From NCBI GenBank assembly GCA_030704615.1, contig CM060733.1, positions 11,842,001-11,906,000 on the forward strand: DNA of 64,000 bases, in the 5' to 3' direction. This document shows positions 37,664 through 50,700 of the stretch, piece by piece (position 1 is the stretch's first letter; the number at the start of each line of letters is the position of its first letter). Origin of the DNA: Takakia lepidozioides. Taxonomy: Eukaryota; Plantae; Bryophyta. Under the pieces are notes generated by a model that was not told the origin of the DNA, did not search any database, and was given only the letters and a program-made list of their open reading frames with translations. A program made the position numbers and the translations under genes.

Positions 37664-38152
37664 GGAGCGGTCGCACCTATGGATGATCGCAGCTAATAAC
37701 AAAACAAAAAAAGTGTTGCGACCCCCCCCTTGCTGGTGATCGCACCTTTTTAAAAACAAAACGAAAATTTGCGACCCCCCATAAGCGGTCGCACCTAATA
37801 ACAAAAAAAAAAAATGTCTGCGACCACCACCGGCTGGTGGTCGCACCTATTTAAAAAATTTAAAAAATGTGCGACCATCCCCTGCTGGTGGTCGCACCTA
37901 TTTAAAAAATAAAAAAAAGTTGCGACCACCACCTGCTGGTGGTCGCACCCAATTTTAAAAAATAATAAAATGTGTGACCACCCTCTGTTTGTGGTCGCAC
38001 CTATTAAAAAAATTGAAAATATTGCGACCACCACCTACTGGTGATCGCACCCATTTAAAAAATAAGAAAAAATGTGCAACCACCCCCTTCTGGTGGTCGC
38101 ACCTATTAAAAATAAAATAAAATTTGTCCGACCAACCTTTACTGACGGTCGC
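37664..38152 (-). repeat. Second palindromic ~48-bp array (about 10 units), inverted relative to 26828-27180
   Basis: TGCGACCACC(A/C)CCTGCTGGTGGTCGCACCTATT plus an A-rich linker. This is the reverse complement of the first array's unit. Confidence 0.9.
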
Positions 38153-39589
38153 ATGATTGACAATATAAATCATAATATATGAATTTTACAATTTAAATAA
38201 TGAAGTCCACGTAATGAAGCCACATCGGTTGCCACGTCGGTTCTTATAGTAAATAGTCAATAGTAAAGTAAAAAATAAATATATTTATGTACAGTAACGT
38301 CGGTTTATGTCGTGACGTAACGCACATCCGTCTCTGACATCGGACGTGATGCTGACGCGTCAACGCCACGTCACGTCCAAATTTGCAACTAGGATTGTAC
38401 ATGTACATGCATGTAGCTTATTTCTATGATTGATTAATTAAAATCCATGAAAAAATCCTTTGTAGGTGTGGCGATCTAGGAATGATTCTAGTGAAATTGT
38501 GACTCGAAAAGTGACTCTAGGATTGTTGAGTTTTTGTACGAGGGCAAGAATGTTGGAAGACATGGTTTTTGTTCTACGAGTGCTGACCAAGACTTACCCC
38601 TGGAAACCCTTCAATCGATTTGGTTACCATGATCTCGATGCAACAGAAAGAATCATTGAAATTGGTGTGAAAGACAACAATGTTGCTAAAGCCATTGCCA
38701 AAGCAATCTACCCTCAACCCTCTAATCCCATGGCCCTTCCCTTTTCCTTTCCTAGTGTCCCCACCCCCTCTTCCTGTCCTTTGTCTTTAACAATAAGGCC
38801 GCCTGGGTTGATCACGGTCTCCCACATGCAAGATAGACTTGTTATATTGTAGCACAGAAGGAGGACTAAAAAGATTTGCAACAATGGATCTATTCAGCTT
38901 GGCCTCTGCCATGACCTTTGCAAAAACACAGAAAAGGTGATATTGCGATTTTCCGCCGTTGCAGACCTGTTAGGGCATCGCAATGTCGTCGCAAGGCGAC
39001 CCCTGGAGGTCGCAACCCCCTGCATTTACAATATCTATGATTGCGGATTTGTCCTACGTAATGATGTTTGTTTTAGCTCTATTTTGTTTTGTGAATGCAA
39101 ACCCCAGACCACTACATCCATGGAAAAAATTGGACCCAAGAAAAAAAAAAAAAAAACAAAAAAAACGAAGAGTTTCATTCACTCACTATTGCGGAACTCT
39201 CTATGGAGAGTGCATGAAGTTGAAAAGAACTCAACGTGGGAGTGCAAATAAGGGAAGAAAATATGGTTTTAAGTCCAAATGATTTTTGTTTACTCCCAAA
39301 ATTTGCACACGCATTGCAAACGCTGTCATTAAGCATATGGCTTGGGAACGGAATACAACAAAATCATGTGCATGTGCAAAAAATCATCATCCCACCTGAG
39401 GGGATGAGGAGGAGGATATGGCGGTGGCCGTCAAGTTTGCTGGGATCGGCACCAATGGTGGTAGAAAGAACTTTGGCCCTGTTATACAACAAGAGAGAAG
39501 GAGCACTATAAAGATTGGAAGAAGGGGATCAATTGACTCTGGCCTCTGCCATGACCTTTGCAAAGAGACACTAAATATGGCCTCTCTGC

Positions 39590-42500
39590 GACTCCCGGAC
39601 ATCGCAGACCCGTCGCATTACCATTGACGGGCGACTTCTAGCAGTCGCAACCCCCGCGAGGTGACGTGCCCTCGCCACGTGGCGGCCAAGGAGGAAATGA
39701 CATCCTTGCGACTCCCCAACGTCGCGGTCCTGCTGGAGCGTCGCTAGGCCGTCCTAGCGATGACGGGACATCGCAATACCCCGTCGAATTGGGCGTCCAA
39801 GGGAAAATGGTGACGTTGCGACTCCTGAACGTCGCTGGAACGTCGCAGTACCCTCAGCCTGGGGGTCTCGGATTGGGGATTTCTGGTACGTAATGATTTT
39901 TGTTTTTACTCAATTTTTTTTTGTGAATTCAACCCTTACATTACTACATCTGCGCAAAATATTGGACCAAAAAACAAAACAAAAAAAAACAAAAAGTTTT
40001 TGCTCACTTTTATAGACTCTCTATGAAGAGTGCATGAAGTTGTAGAGAACTTAACTTTGGAGTACAAATTAGGGAAGAAAATACGGTTTTGGGTTCAAAT
40101 GATTTTTGTTTATTCCCAATTTTTGCACGTACATTGCATATGTTGTCATTAAACATATGGCTTGAAAGTGGAATTAAAAAAAAATTGTGTGCAGACGAAA
40201 CACAATATTTAGTCTCCACGATACGTAGTTTCGTTGAAATCTCGAATGACCCATTGACTGAACTTGGTTCAAGCTCACATTTGGTCCACATGTGCTTAAG
40301 TATGTTCAAATCACATATGCAAAGTTGCAAATGACGAGCATCAAGAAGAAATATTCATCCCCGACGTCGTAGGCCTTGCATGAAGTTGAAGAAAACTCAA
40401 CCTTGGAGAGCAAATGATGGAGGAAAATATGATTTTGGGTCCAGATGACTTTTGTTCACTGCCAAATTTTGCACGCACATTGCACACGCAGACATTAAGC
40501 ATGTGAGTCATTCTCTTGTCATTCTCTTATATTCTCATTAAGTCATTCTCTTATCTTTCTTGCATCTCTAACATGGGATACTCCAATGATAGTTTGGAAC
40601 TGTTCGTAGTTGTGAACATTGTTCAACCAGCATTGTTCTTTCCTTTTGACGATCCTGGTTTAAATTAGTGCAATGTAACCAAGCAACCTCTACATATTGA
40701 AGTGTGCATAATTTATGGCCCTTGTTCTTCCGCTGCAACAAACGCGCAACCACCAGTTTCGCAGCAATCACGATCTTGAAATAAGCCAAAGCTTTTTACA
40801 AAGCAAAATCATCCGATGTTGTGTTTATCTCTACCATCCTACCTGAGCATGTGCGCGAGTTTTTTGTGATGGCATTCGAGGGGGGGGAGAACCCAGTTGT
40901 CTGTCTCTCTCCTTCTTTAGATTCCGAGGTGCTTTTTCAAGCTCTTGGATTTTTTCGATGAGATTGTCCACGTTCCGAATTTGTCAAGGAATCGAGGATG
41001 CCACCAAAGAAGTTTAGTATGCGCCTAGTCCAAGGTTCCCTAGAAGTTATCTGATGTATCTACATATCAACGTTGTCTCCTAATATTGGATGTCTGCTAC
41101 GACTTAGGTGATTATGTCAAACAACTCCCACAAATGCAACGACGTGCAACTGGAGCAAGTGATGCAAATTGGCACCAAGACTCTACGCTATGTAAATCAC
41201 ATGGAGGTGGAAATGTTAATGGGATCTCATCCGATATACAAAGCGAAATCATCCGAGGTTGTGCTTCTCTCTACCATCCTACCTAAGCATGTGCGCGCGT
41301 TTTTCTGTGACAGAGTATATTTGGGGCCGATTGCAATTGCATCGTTCTGTGACAAAATCTTTCGAATTTGTCAAAAAATCGAGGATCCACCAAAGAAGTT
41401 TAGCATGCACATAATCCGAGGTTCTCTACAAGTTATCTGATGTATCTAGATGTCAACATTGTCTCCTGACAGTGGATGTCTGCTAACTACGACTTAGGTG
41501 ATTATGTCAAACAACTCCCACAAAGGCAACGACGTGCAACTGGAGTGCAACGATGTGCAATAGTATTGTATTCATGATCTGATTTGATGATTTGTTGATT
41601 TGAAGTTTGATTTGATGTTGATTTTGAAATAAGGCCAAAGCTTTATACACCGAGTGATCTCCAACAAGAATGATATGCTTCAATTCCTTCATCTAGGTGA
41701 TAATATCAGTCTCTACTTGTACTTGTTGTGCATTTTCATCAATTATTACGCAATTAAAAGCTTCAACGGTCGTTGGCCTTCTATGGAGACAGTGCAAAAA
41801 AACAATGCAAGCATTCTTCATGCATTTCATCTCCAACCAATGTCTCTGTCAATTCAGAAAACAACTCAGTGCCAAAACTTCCTAGTTTTCCAAATCCATT
41901 TTTGTCTTTGTTGTATCACGGTGAAAGCTTGCAGCGTCTTTACATTCCAGAGTCTGTTGAGGAAATAAATTTATTTCATTCTTAAACCATATGCTTATGA
42001 CAACATGTGCAATGTGCATGCAAAATTTGGCAATGAACAGACATCATCTGCACCCAAAACCATTTTTTCTTCCCTCATTTGCACTCCAAGGTTCAGTTCT
42101 CTTCAAGTTCATGCATTGTTGATGAGCATATTTCTTAATGTTGCTTATCTTTTGAGACTTTGTATATGTGATTTAGACATACTTGTGGACCAAATATGAA
42201 CTTGAACCAAGTTCATTCCATGGATCATTCAAGTATTGAACACATCTACGTGTTTTAGAGACGAAAAACTGCATTTCATTTGCATATGATTTTATTTTTA
42301 TTCCGTTCTTAAACCATATGCTTAATGACAGCATGCAATATGCATGAAAAAATTGAGATTGAATAAAAACCATTTGGCCCCAAACCATATTTTCTTCCCT
42401 CATTTGCACTCCAAAGTTGAGTTGTCTTCAACTTCATGCACTATTCATAGAGAGTTCTGCAATAGTGAATGAAGAAAACACTTTTTTATTTTTTATTTGT

Positions 42501-43006
42501 TTTGGTCCAATATTTTGCACGGATGTAGTGGTGCAACGGTCGAATTCATAGAACAAAACACAACCAAAAACCAATTATTACGTAGCAGCAATTCCCAATC
42601 CTAGACCCCCAGGCAAGAGGGCACTTGCGACGCCCCAGCAGGCATGCGACTGTGGGGAATCGCAGCCTCGCCATTGTGACATTTCGGCGACGTCTGGACG
42701 TCACAAACCCCAGCGCGACCTGACTTGGCCCTCCCCACGCGCCTAAGTGTGAGGGGGTGTTGTTGCGATTCCCGGCAGTCGCAGCCTTGCAGGAGCGTCG
42801 CAGAGGGTAATCGCGACGCCCCGGGCGTCGCAACCCCAGCTCGCTGGCGGCTCATCCCCAACAGCAGCGACGTGGCGGAATTGCAAGCAGGCGAAGCGTC
42901 ACTGGAGCGGCGCAGCGGCGACGGGCCGACGTCGCAATTTTCGGGCCGGGCGCCTGCGTGGCGCAGGAGGGTCGTCGCGTCGGCGCGCCCAGGGTCCCGA
43001 CGTTGC

Positions 43007-43044
<38 letters not shown>

Positions 43045-43054
43045 CGTAGTAGTG
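39590..43054. mobile_element. Foldback structure with ~0.9-kb inverted arms ending in a CACTA-type terminus
   Basis: 39590-40500 is mirrored by 41980-42840 (e.g. CCTGGGGGTCTCGGATTGGG vs CCCAATCCTAGACCCCCAGG). TGCGAC/GTCGCA-rich. Ends poly-C then TAAACGTAGTAGTG at 43054 (rc CACTACTACG). Matching left terminus/TSD not found. Confidence 0.7.
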
Positions 43055-44650
43055 CTTCCATCCATGGCAAACTATTTGGGTAGCCTAGCAGTCCATCAAG
43101 TGCACTCACTCAGAATAGGCCAGCCAATTTCGCGGAGGTCTTTCGCCAGCCTATTTTCTGGAACAACAATTTTGACTCTACCCCAGGCTTGCTGCAGAAA
43201 CCCAAATGGGTTTTTTGGGAACACTCTGGCCTCACCCATTTGGGCAGCATCTGGGAACAAGGTAGTTTCTTGCCTGAAGCCTCAGTCAGTCAGCTGGTGG
43301 GACTCAGACGCGCTAAGGCCTGGCCCTCACTGCTGGCAGAAATTCTAGATTACATAGAGCCCTTGCTGGCTGACGGGGGTCGCTCATGGACCCTGCCCTC
43401 GTGGATGGCTGCAACTAATAACGGAACAAGCACGGTTTTGCTGGGCCTTTCTGTGGAGGGAGACATGGCTACAGGGATTGCTTTTATGTCGGATCTGGAA
43501 ATCAACCTGCAGCTCAGAGGCTTTATGGACATGCCTAAGCAATCCTTGTTTCATATTAGGGTGCTAGATGCAAAGGGGAATGCCAATCCAACCCCGTTGA
43601 GTGGATAGGAACTGCAGTGGGCCATCCACTCTTCTTTTCACATGGTTTCTTTCCTATCCCCTGGCTGCCCTACAGTTTGACCCAGGGGAGTGGAGCTGGA
43701 GGGATGACCATAACTCACCATTCTTTGCATACTCCGTTAAGATGGGTTACTCGCTATTGAGGCCAGACAGATCTTTCCTTCCTAAATGGATAGCGAAGTG
43801 GGGGCATCTAAATCTCGCACAGGCTGACTGGGACCTGATTTGGAAAGACATATGGAAAAAACAGAGAGCAGCAAAATATTTTGGCTTCCTTTGGAAGCTG
43901 GCCCACAAAATTCTCCCTGTCAACACAACCACTCAGCAAACAATACCTCCTGCAGCCTATGCCTGGCCCTGCCGGAGTCCATTGAGCATTGTTTGATTGA
44001 TTGCCCACTCTCTAAACAGAGTCTGGAGAGCTGTGTTGATATTTTACTCCTGGGGTAAAATCGACACTCTCGGCACCTCTCTTCCCAGCATGCGGTTCAT
44101 TTGGCAAGTCACCAACCCCACTGCCTGGGATGTCCCCTGGTGACGGGGAAGATGGTGACTACAATTGGAGGCATAAAAAAGCCAGGGTCACAAAGTTCAG
44201 AACCTAGCTGCGGTTCTAGTTCCAATCTTCGTGCTTACTTGTCCTTGTCTTTCCACGGCTTGGCAAATTGAGATTAGGCTATATCTGTCTTCCTTACAGA
44301 TGTTAGCATAAGACATGATTTGGTTGCTCCCTTTCTTTGTCATGATCAGGCATTATGTGGCCTTCCATCAGGAATCATCTTCGACTTTAGGAATTCCAGA
44401 ATCCACTGGGCTTCCAACTCTGATCTCTTAGATATAGGGTTTCTCCTTCCCATTTCACTCCCTGCTTCATCTCTCTCCTTTTCTTTCAAACTTCTTTAGC
44501 TAGTTTGCTATGGTCTCAGGGATGTTCCCCCTCGGTAAGCCTTCATGGCCTCCCTGGTGGTTATTTTTTCCACCTTATGTGAACACTTCTTTGTTCAATT
44601 TGAGTAAAAGGGCCTCTGTCCCCTTTCTCTATATATATTAAGAAAAAATG
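43055..44650 (+). mobile_element. 3' fragment of an L1-like LINE (zf-RVT region), degenerate
   Basis: WKDIWKKQRAAKYFGFLWKLAHKILPVN and CSLCLALPESIEHCLIDCPLSK in shifted frames. A-rich end near 44640. Confidence 0.75.
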
Positions 44651-44807
44651 TCTCTGTTTCAGTCATAATTGTGTCAGGTACCAATTGCAAAACAATACTA
44701 ACACAATTAAGCAAGGTAAGTCTGACCATTTAGTAATATAGAGCAAAGTACTGGCTTGCAACTTCAGCCCTCTAGAGATTTAAATGAAAGCAACAAATAT
44801 GTTTCGG

Positions 44808-46986
44808 CTACATGAGGCCCCAAACAATCTTAATGAAGGAAAGAAACATATATACCTCCATCACAACATTGGGATCGTCCCTCCGGACAATTTCTCGATG
44901 CATCCGAACACATAAATTAATCGCAGCAGCAATGGCATCAGACAACAACCAATATCCGCGGGTTTGATTTAATATGCATTCCTGAACCATGGGTGTCAAG
45001 GTATCGCTCACTGCTTGAGCCACAACCCAAGTTTGAGGGCTAGGAACTCGACTTTGCAATGGCACGGTCTGTCGTGAGAGCAAATATTAATGGCGTCTCG
45101 GAATTCAAAGGTCTCTTTGAATAAATTTCCTTTGACTCAAAACATGTCTTCACAGGAGTCTTGAGTTTCCTGGGACGAAGACCAGCATCGACGCACGTCT
45201 TTGCCCATTCTTGCCGACCTTTTCCGGACTTCTTAGTCCATGTGAAAGTCTTTTGAAGGGCGGTCTGCGCCTCCTTGACACTCGCTTCCCTCATTCCAAC
45301 ACACACTTTGATGTCATTTGTTGCATATTGGCAGCATTTCGACATCACATGGCCAAAACAATGGCCTGTATAAGGCTCATTTAGATGCAAAGGAGCACAT
45401 AAAACAACACTGGTAAGGGCAAGCGCGAGAGTATTTAAATTGGCCCCTTCATCCTTCACATAGGCGATAATCTTGTCGCATAGATTAAAAGAACTCAATA
45501 ACTCTTTCACCTGCACCGCCATCGCAGCTCCTCTGGTGTCATGGGCCTCAAACACACCCACAGTAATGTGACACGGAACCTATTGCTCATTCAGAAAATT
45601 AATAACCAAAGCAAAAGTGTCATACCCTCCCCGTGACATCCACAAATCAAATGAAGCAGTAATAGTTTGACAACCATCAAGTAATGGCCAAACATATCTC
45701 TCCATGGTCTTGGTGACCATGGAAGGGATCACATCTTCCACCAGTTGCCATCTACTTGGAAAAACAACACGACTGCACTGCCTCAGCACCATTCTTCTCA
45801 GCCACATATTTTCCACACTGCTCAAGGGTCGATATCCCTTTGTCATGTATAGAACCAGATCCTCCATAAAGTGTTGTTGGGCTGGATCATCATTTTTATA
45901 AGGATTTTGATTACCAAAGAAGTCGGCAATATTGGTAGGAGTGGGGGTTTTCCGCTTCTTACTCGATTGCCTAGCTTCTGAGTCTCTCGCCTTTGTGCCC
46001 TTCACATCTTCTCTGTACTTTTTCAACACCTCAGAATGCTCAAGTGATAGGTGGCTCATGGCTCATGGCTCATGGCTGTGGTTCCATGCACTTTGTTATA
46101 AACCACCAGACCTTTTCTGCTGCGCTTACTACTTTGTCCACTCTGCTCCTGTTGGGCAGAGTGACACACGACACACCGCATCTGTTGAGGTGTTTTATGA
46201 TCTACTGTATATGCAGAGTCATCGAGTCTAAAAAAAGCCCAAGTAGCAGATACCCGTTTGTAAGGGGTCCAAAAACGTTGGTTTTGATGTAGCTAGGCAA
46301 ACAACACTGTCTGGGCCGCTTCTTCGTCAGATTGCAAAATGACATCGTGGATAGACGTCTTGTCACCTAACCCTTCACCATCCCCATCCACTATTCCATC
46401 ATAGTTGCCATCGCAAGAAGGAAGATCCAAGCAGTCAGCCATAGGTATGGAGTGCAAGAGTGGTTGATCATAAAAACCAATCTAAGAAGACAATTGAAAG
46501 CTTCAAACAATACTGGCCCTAGAGAAGAGAGGCAAAGCACATCTTACCTCCTTAGCAGTGACGCCTTCATTCATTATGGATGGATCTACCTTGATGCGAC
46601 ACGCAGCTCAACAACAAATTTCCATGTTGAGGTGCGATAAAGGCTTTTAAGCGTAAGGCGGTTAGAGCAGCGATGACACATGAATGATAAAGAAGTAGAG
46701 ACAAAATTACTTGTAGCTGCTCTTGACATTTGGATGAATATGTTGAACCCTAACCATAAGATGGATTTCCAGGTGAAGATCCCTTCACCCCACCCCAACC
46801 CGGGTATTTCAAAGGTATAGCCCTAGCTAATACCCGCATGTGCAGGGCTTTGGGACTCGCATTGAAAATTCAACACCCACCTATGCAGGGCTTTTGTCGG
46901 ATATCGTTATTTTAAAGCCCGCCGGGCAGGTCCTTTAATACCCGGGTTGATACCCGCCTCCCACCTTATACACCCGCCCAACGCTG
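44808..46986 (-). mobile_element. Truncated hAT transposon with decayed transposase
   Basis: Terminus rc CAGCGTTGGGCGG at 46986. BED finger MRCVVC...GTTAMSH. Motifs ITASFDLWMSRGGYDTFALVINF, YVKDEGANL, CFGHVMSK, KTPVKT. Stops and frameshifts present. Confidence 0.85.
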
Positions 46987-47487
46987 CTTTCTATCACCTT
47001 GGGTACGAGAAGAGGATACCTACTCAGAGGGAAGAGGGATGAGGGAAGAGGGATGAGTTGGAAGGTGAACATGAATACGAGGCCTTGCATGCATGGAATT
47101 CCATCATGCACATGTGAGCCGAGATTTTCAATTTGTCGCAAAATCTCCGGGATTTCACTTTTCCACAGATTATCCTATGGATATTCTAGGAATGTTTAAA
47201 ATATTCGATTGCTGACTAAATGTCGGCCTCTCCTTCGATCACGGACGTCCACGTGTCCCCATGAACGTCCGTCCGGCCGCTCTCTTCGCACGTCGGATCG
47301 GCTCTTTGTCATTCAATGCCCACCACAGGGCGTCCCTGAAACCCTAGCAGGGTGCGAGGGAGCAGAAGACGGCATTGTAGAGAGCGTGATTGGAAGGCAG
47401 AGCATCTTTGCGAGCCTGATTGGCATCAATTTTTCAAAATTTCTTCATTTTATTCCTCTTGCCTGTGATATTGCATGCCCCATTCAG

Positions 47488-47490
<3 letters not shown>

Positions 47491-47524
<34 letters not shown>
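47491..47524. repeat. (GA)n microsatellite in the probable TIC236 5' UTR
   Basis: Seen directly. Confidence 0.85.
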
Positions 47525-47527
<3 letters not shown>

Positions 47528-47766
47528 ATTGACAGCGGATATAGCAATTAAGCGTCTTGTTACAGTGTGGTACCTGGAGGAGATTCACGATTTCTGGATT
47601 CTGCGGGGATTCACTTTTCTTTCATTGTTCCAGTGAGGAGGAGGAAGGGTACGGGATCAAGTGTCGCCAGGAATTGGTGTCTCTCCAGTGCAGACCACTC
47701 ATGGATAGCATTTTTGGGTAGGTGAAGGAGGGGAGAAATAGGGAACGGGTGGGGCAATTATGCAGG

Positions 47767-50700
47767 ATGCCAGCGTTGGTCCCTGTCAATGGCAGCTTAA
47801 ACTTGGGGCTTCCAACAAACTGTCTTGAAGCACGCCACCACTGTCCTGCAAATTTTCACAAACAGTTTCTTTGTGACACTGCCGGTTCAGTCGGCCGATC
47901 AAGAACTCAGGGCATCCACCCACAACTGCAGAAGAATTTATCTCCATTGTCCAATCGGCCCGTATCTGCCCCTGTTCCGTTGCATCATGTCGTTGCCCGA
48001 GACAGAGGTCAAGCATTTTCCAGTCTGTTCGATTCTGGGAGCAAATGGTGGCGGGAAAACCATCAAAACTCCTCGAATCCTGGAATGGCTGTTCAGTCTT
48101 CACAAACGGATCGAAAGAGAGGAAGGGTCTTGAGGACATCAGCATGGATCGCGGCCATAGTTTTGATTGGGGGTGGCACTCTATATGGGCAGGCAAAAGC
48201 CCAAGCCTATATAGAGGGAAACGTACTTCCACCTCTGGCAGCTATTGTGGGGTCATATTTGGGACGCGAAGTGGAACTTGGGAAGGTCGAAAGCATCTCT
48301 CCTCTATCTTTGGTGGTGGGGCCAAGCTCAATTGGCCCTCATGCAGAAGAATTCTCATGTGGGGAAATTCCCGGGATAGAGATTCGGGTGCGTCCGCTGG
48401 TAAGCCTTCAAAGGGGTCAACTTGTGGTAGATGCTGTGCTGGGACAGCCCCATGTACTTGTTGCACAGAAACCGGACTGGTCATGGCTGGGAATACCTGC
48501 ACCTTCCCAGAAGAAATTTGTGAGGCAGAGCTCAGAGTCAGGTATCGATTCTCGAACCAAAGTCAGACGCTTGTCAAGGGAGGAAATGGCAGTCAAAGGG
48601 GGAGAGCAGAGGGATCTTGCAGCTCAACTGGCAGCCAAAACGGGGTACACATTGGGGGACCCAAGTAGGTTTTTGGAGAAGTTTGAGCATGAAGACAAAT
48701 CTGGACATGAACTGGGAGGGGAAAATGCTGCGAAGGGGGAGCAGCAAATTGAAGGTGCCCATTCCGAGTCAGAGGTTTCGGAGGTCAATGACGAGAACCT
48801 GGGTGAGCAAGAATTTGGCGGATCTACAGGGCATGATGCAGGAGTTGGCGAGAAAGGGGAAGATTACATTGCAGGAAGTGAAATTGACGGTTCAGAGGAG
48901 GATCCCACCATAGCAGTGGAGGTTAAAAGGACAATATTAAGAGCAAAAAGGTGGGCGGATACACATGTCGTGAGTCCTGCCATGCGAGGGCGTCTAAGGA
49001 ACTGGAGCCAGAATCAATCTCCTCCTTTAAATAAGGCAGGGTTTCAGAGTCGAAACTTGCATCGCAGTGCCAAGGCCGCCCATGCCCATTTTGAACAGAT
49101 GGATAGGGATAGACAGCACAGCTTGGGTGCCGTGGTCTCAGAAAAGCAACAGGGAGGAAATGAAGCAAATAAAGAAGCTGGAGCAAGCATGGCGGCAGTG
49201 TTTGATAAGGGAGGCTTCAGATTGGCAGGCACAGGGATCTTGGAGTCAGCCACAAGTTCTGGAGAGTGTGGAAATGCACCTATGGAGGAAAGCAGGCAGG
49301 GAGGACCCAATGGTGAGGGTACAAATGAGGCCAGTCCAATGGTAGTGAAACAGGGGGTATCTGTACCGACTCCATGGCTTGAGCATCCATGGTGCTGCAA
49401 CGACGAGTGTTGCAGGAGGGCCATTTGGCGAGCTGTGGGGCAATCCTGCTGTGGAGGAGGGGAAGCGTAGGGGTTTGACGAAGCGAGTGTGGGGTTTGGC
49501 CAGGAGGCTTGTGAAACAGGCTAAAAAGCGAAGCGAGGTCACTCAGGCAGAGGGGTGGGCTCCAATGGCCCTAGATTCTGTGCGTTTCAAAGATGGAAAG
49601 CTTATGCTTCTGGCTTATGGTGATCAAGAGCCCAGGTAAGCTGCCACTAGTATTGGGGTTGCCTATCGCTATGTGTAGGTGTGACTAAAAACATCCTTTC
49701 TAAGATTACCAGGCTGAGCATCCATATGGATGCGTCCACAAGTCATGTTAGGCCTGCGAGGTCTTTTCCTCAACCCACGCTTGAAGGAACAGTTTTGATG
49801 CTGGGAAGCCGCTGATTTGTTTATGCTTAACCAATTGCTGTCATAATTAGGGTCAGTAATTCTACTCATATGGCGGCTGTATGGATGTCAGTCTGCAATA
49901 TTCAATACTACAAGTACATAGGTGTAAGGTCAGACACCATATGTGACAAAATTCTCTCATGACAAGTTAATGGTCGAGGTTATCACCATGGAGTTCGTCT
50001 ATCATGGATGTCCTTAGTAGAGAGCATTGTTGCTATATACGCCATTACCCCATTATTTCATCAAATGATTGCAGACTAATGGAGAAAGTGAATGGGTATC
50101 TGAAGCTGGACAACAATTATAAGCAAATTATGGTGCAAGTTACTGGGAGGCCTAAGGAATGGCGAACAGGAGGCAGAGACGATGGGAGGCTTGCTGTAAA
50201 AGTAATGGTTGATTTGGTGAAACAATCCTGGGATGTTAAACTCAAGGCCCGTAATCTCTTTGCTCCGGTGAGCTCTCATCCATCACAAATTGTTTTCTTG
50301 TGCCGACGTGGGACTCATCCAATTAGGGTGTACATTTGACATTGGCTGCCTTCTCTTTGATCCTTCTGATATTGTCCCAGTCATGGGCAGTTAACTGCGA
50401 TGGTGTAAAGGTGTTAATATGATCCATGAGTAATTTGGTGTTTGTGCTATGAGCAAATCACTGCTTAGAAAATTATGCACTCACTTTGATCAAGTCTTGC
50501 ACTGATGATTGTCACTTGTCCTGTTTATTGGCATGCAGCTTTTTGAAAGGTTGTTGGAGCTTCCTCTAGTGTGGTCAGATGGTCGAACTTCAGGAGAGGT
50601 TCTCCTTCTATTTTTGCACTTCTCTGTGTGGAATAAGAGAAAAGGGATGTCCCCAGACTTTGAGATTTGCATTGAAATTCATCTGGCATATGCATGCTTC

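Noticed and set aside
39569-39580. CACTAAATATGG as the left end matching the 43054 terminus
   Set aside because: Flank AGA does not match the CTT after 43054, and similarity stops after CACTA.
42546-43348. Overlapping GC-rich ORFs with poly-Pro/poly-Gly
   Set aside because: Produced by the GC-rich subterminal region and poly-C run. No domain recognised.
47701-47766. Earlier TIC236 starts (ATG at 47701, GTG at 47722)
   Set aside because: ATG 47701 meets an in-frame TAG, and GTG starts are not expected here. The first usable ATG is 47767.
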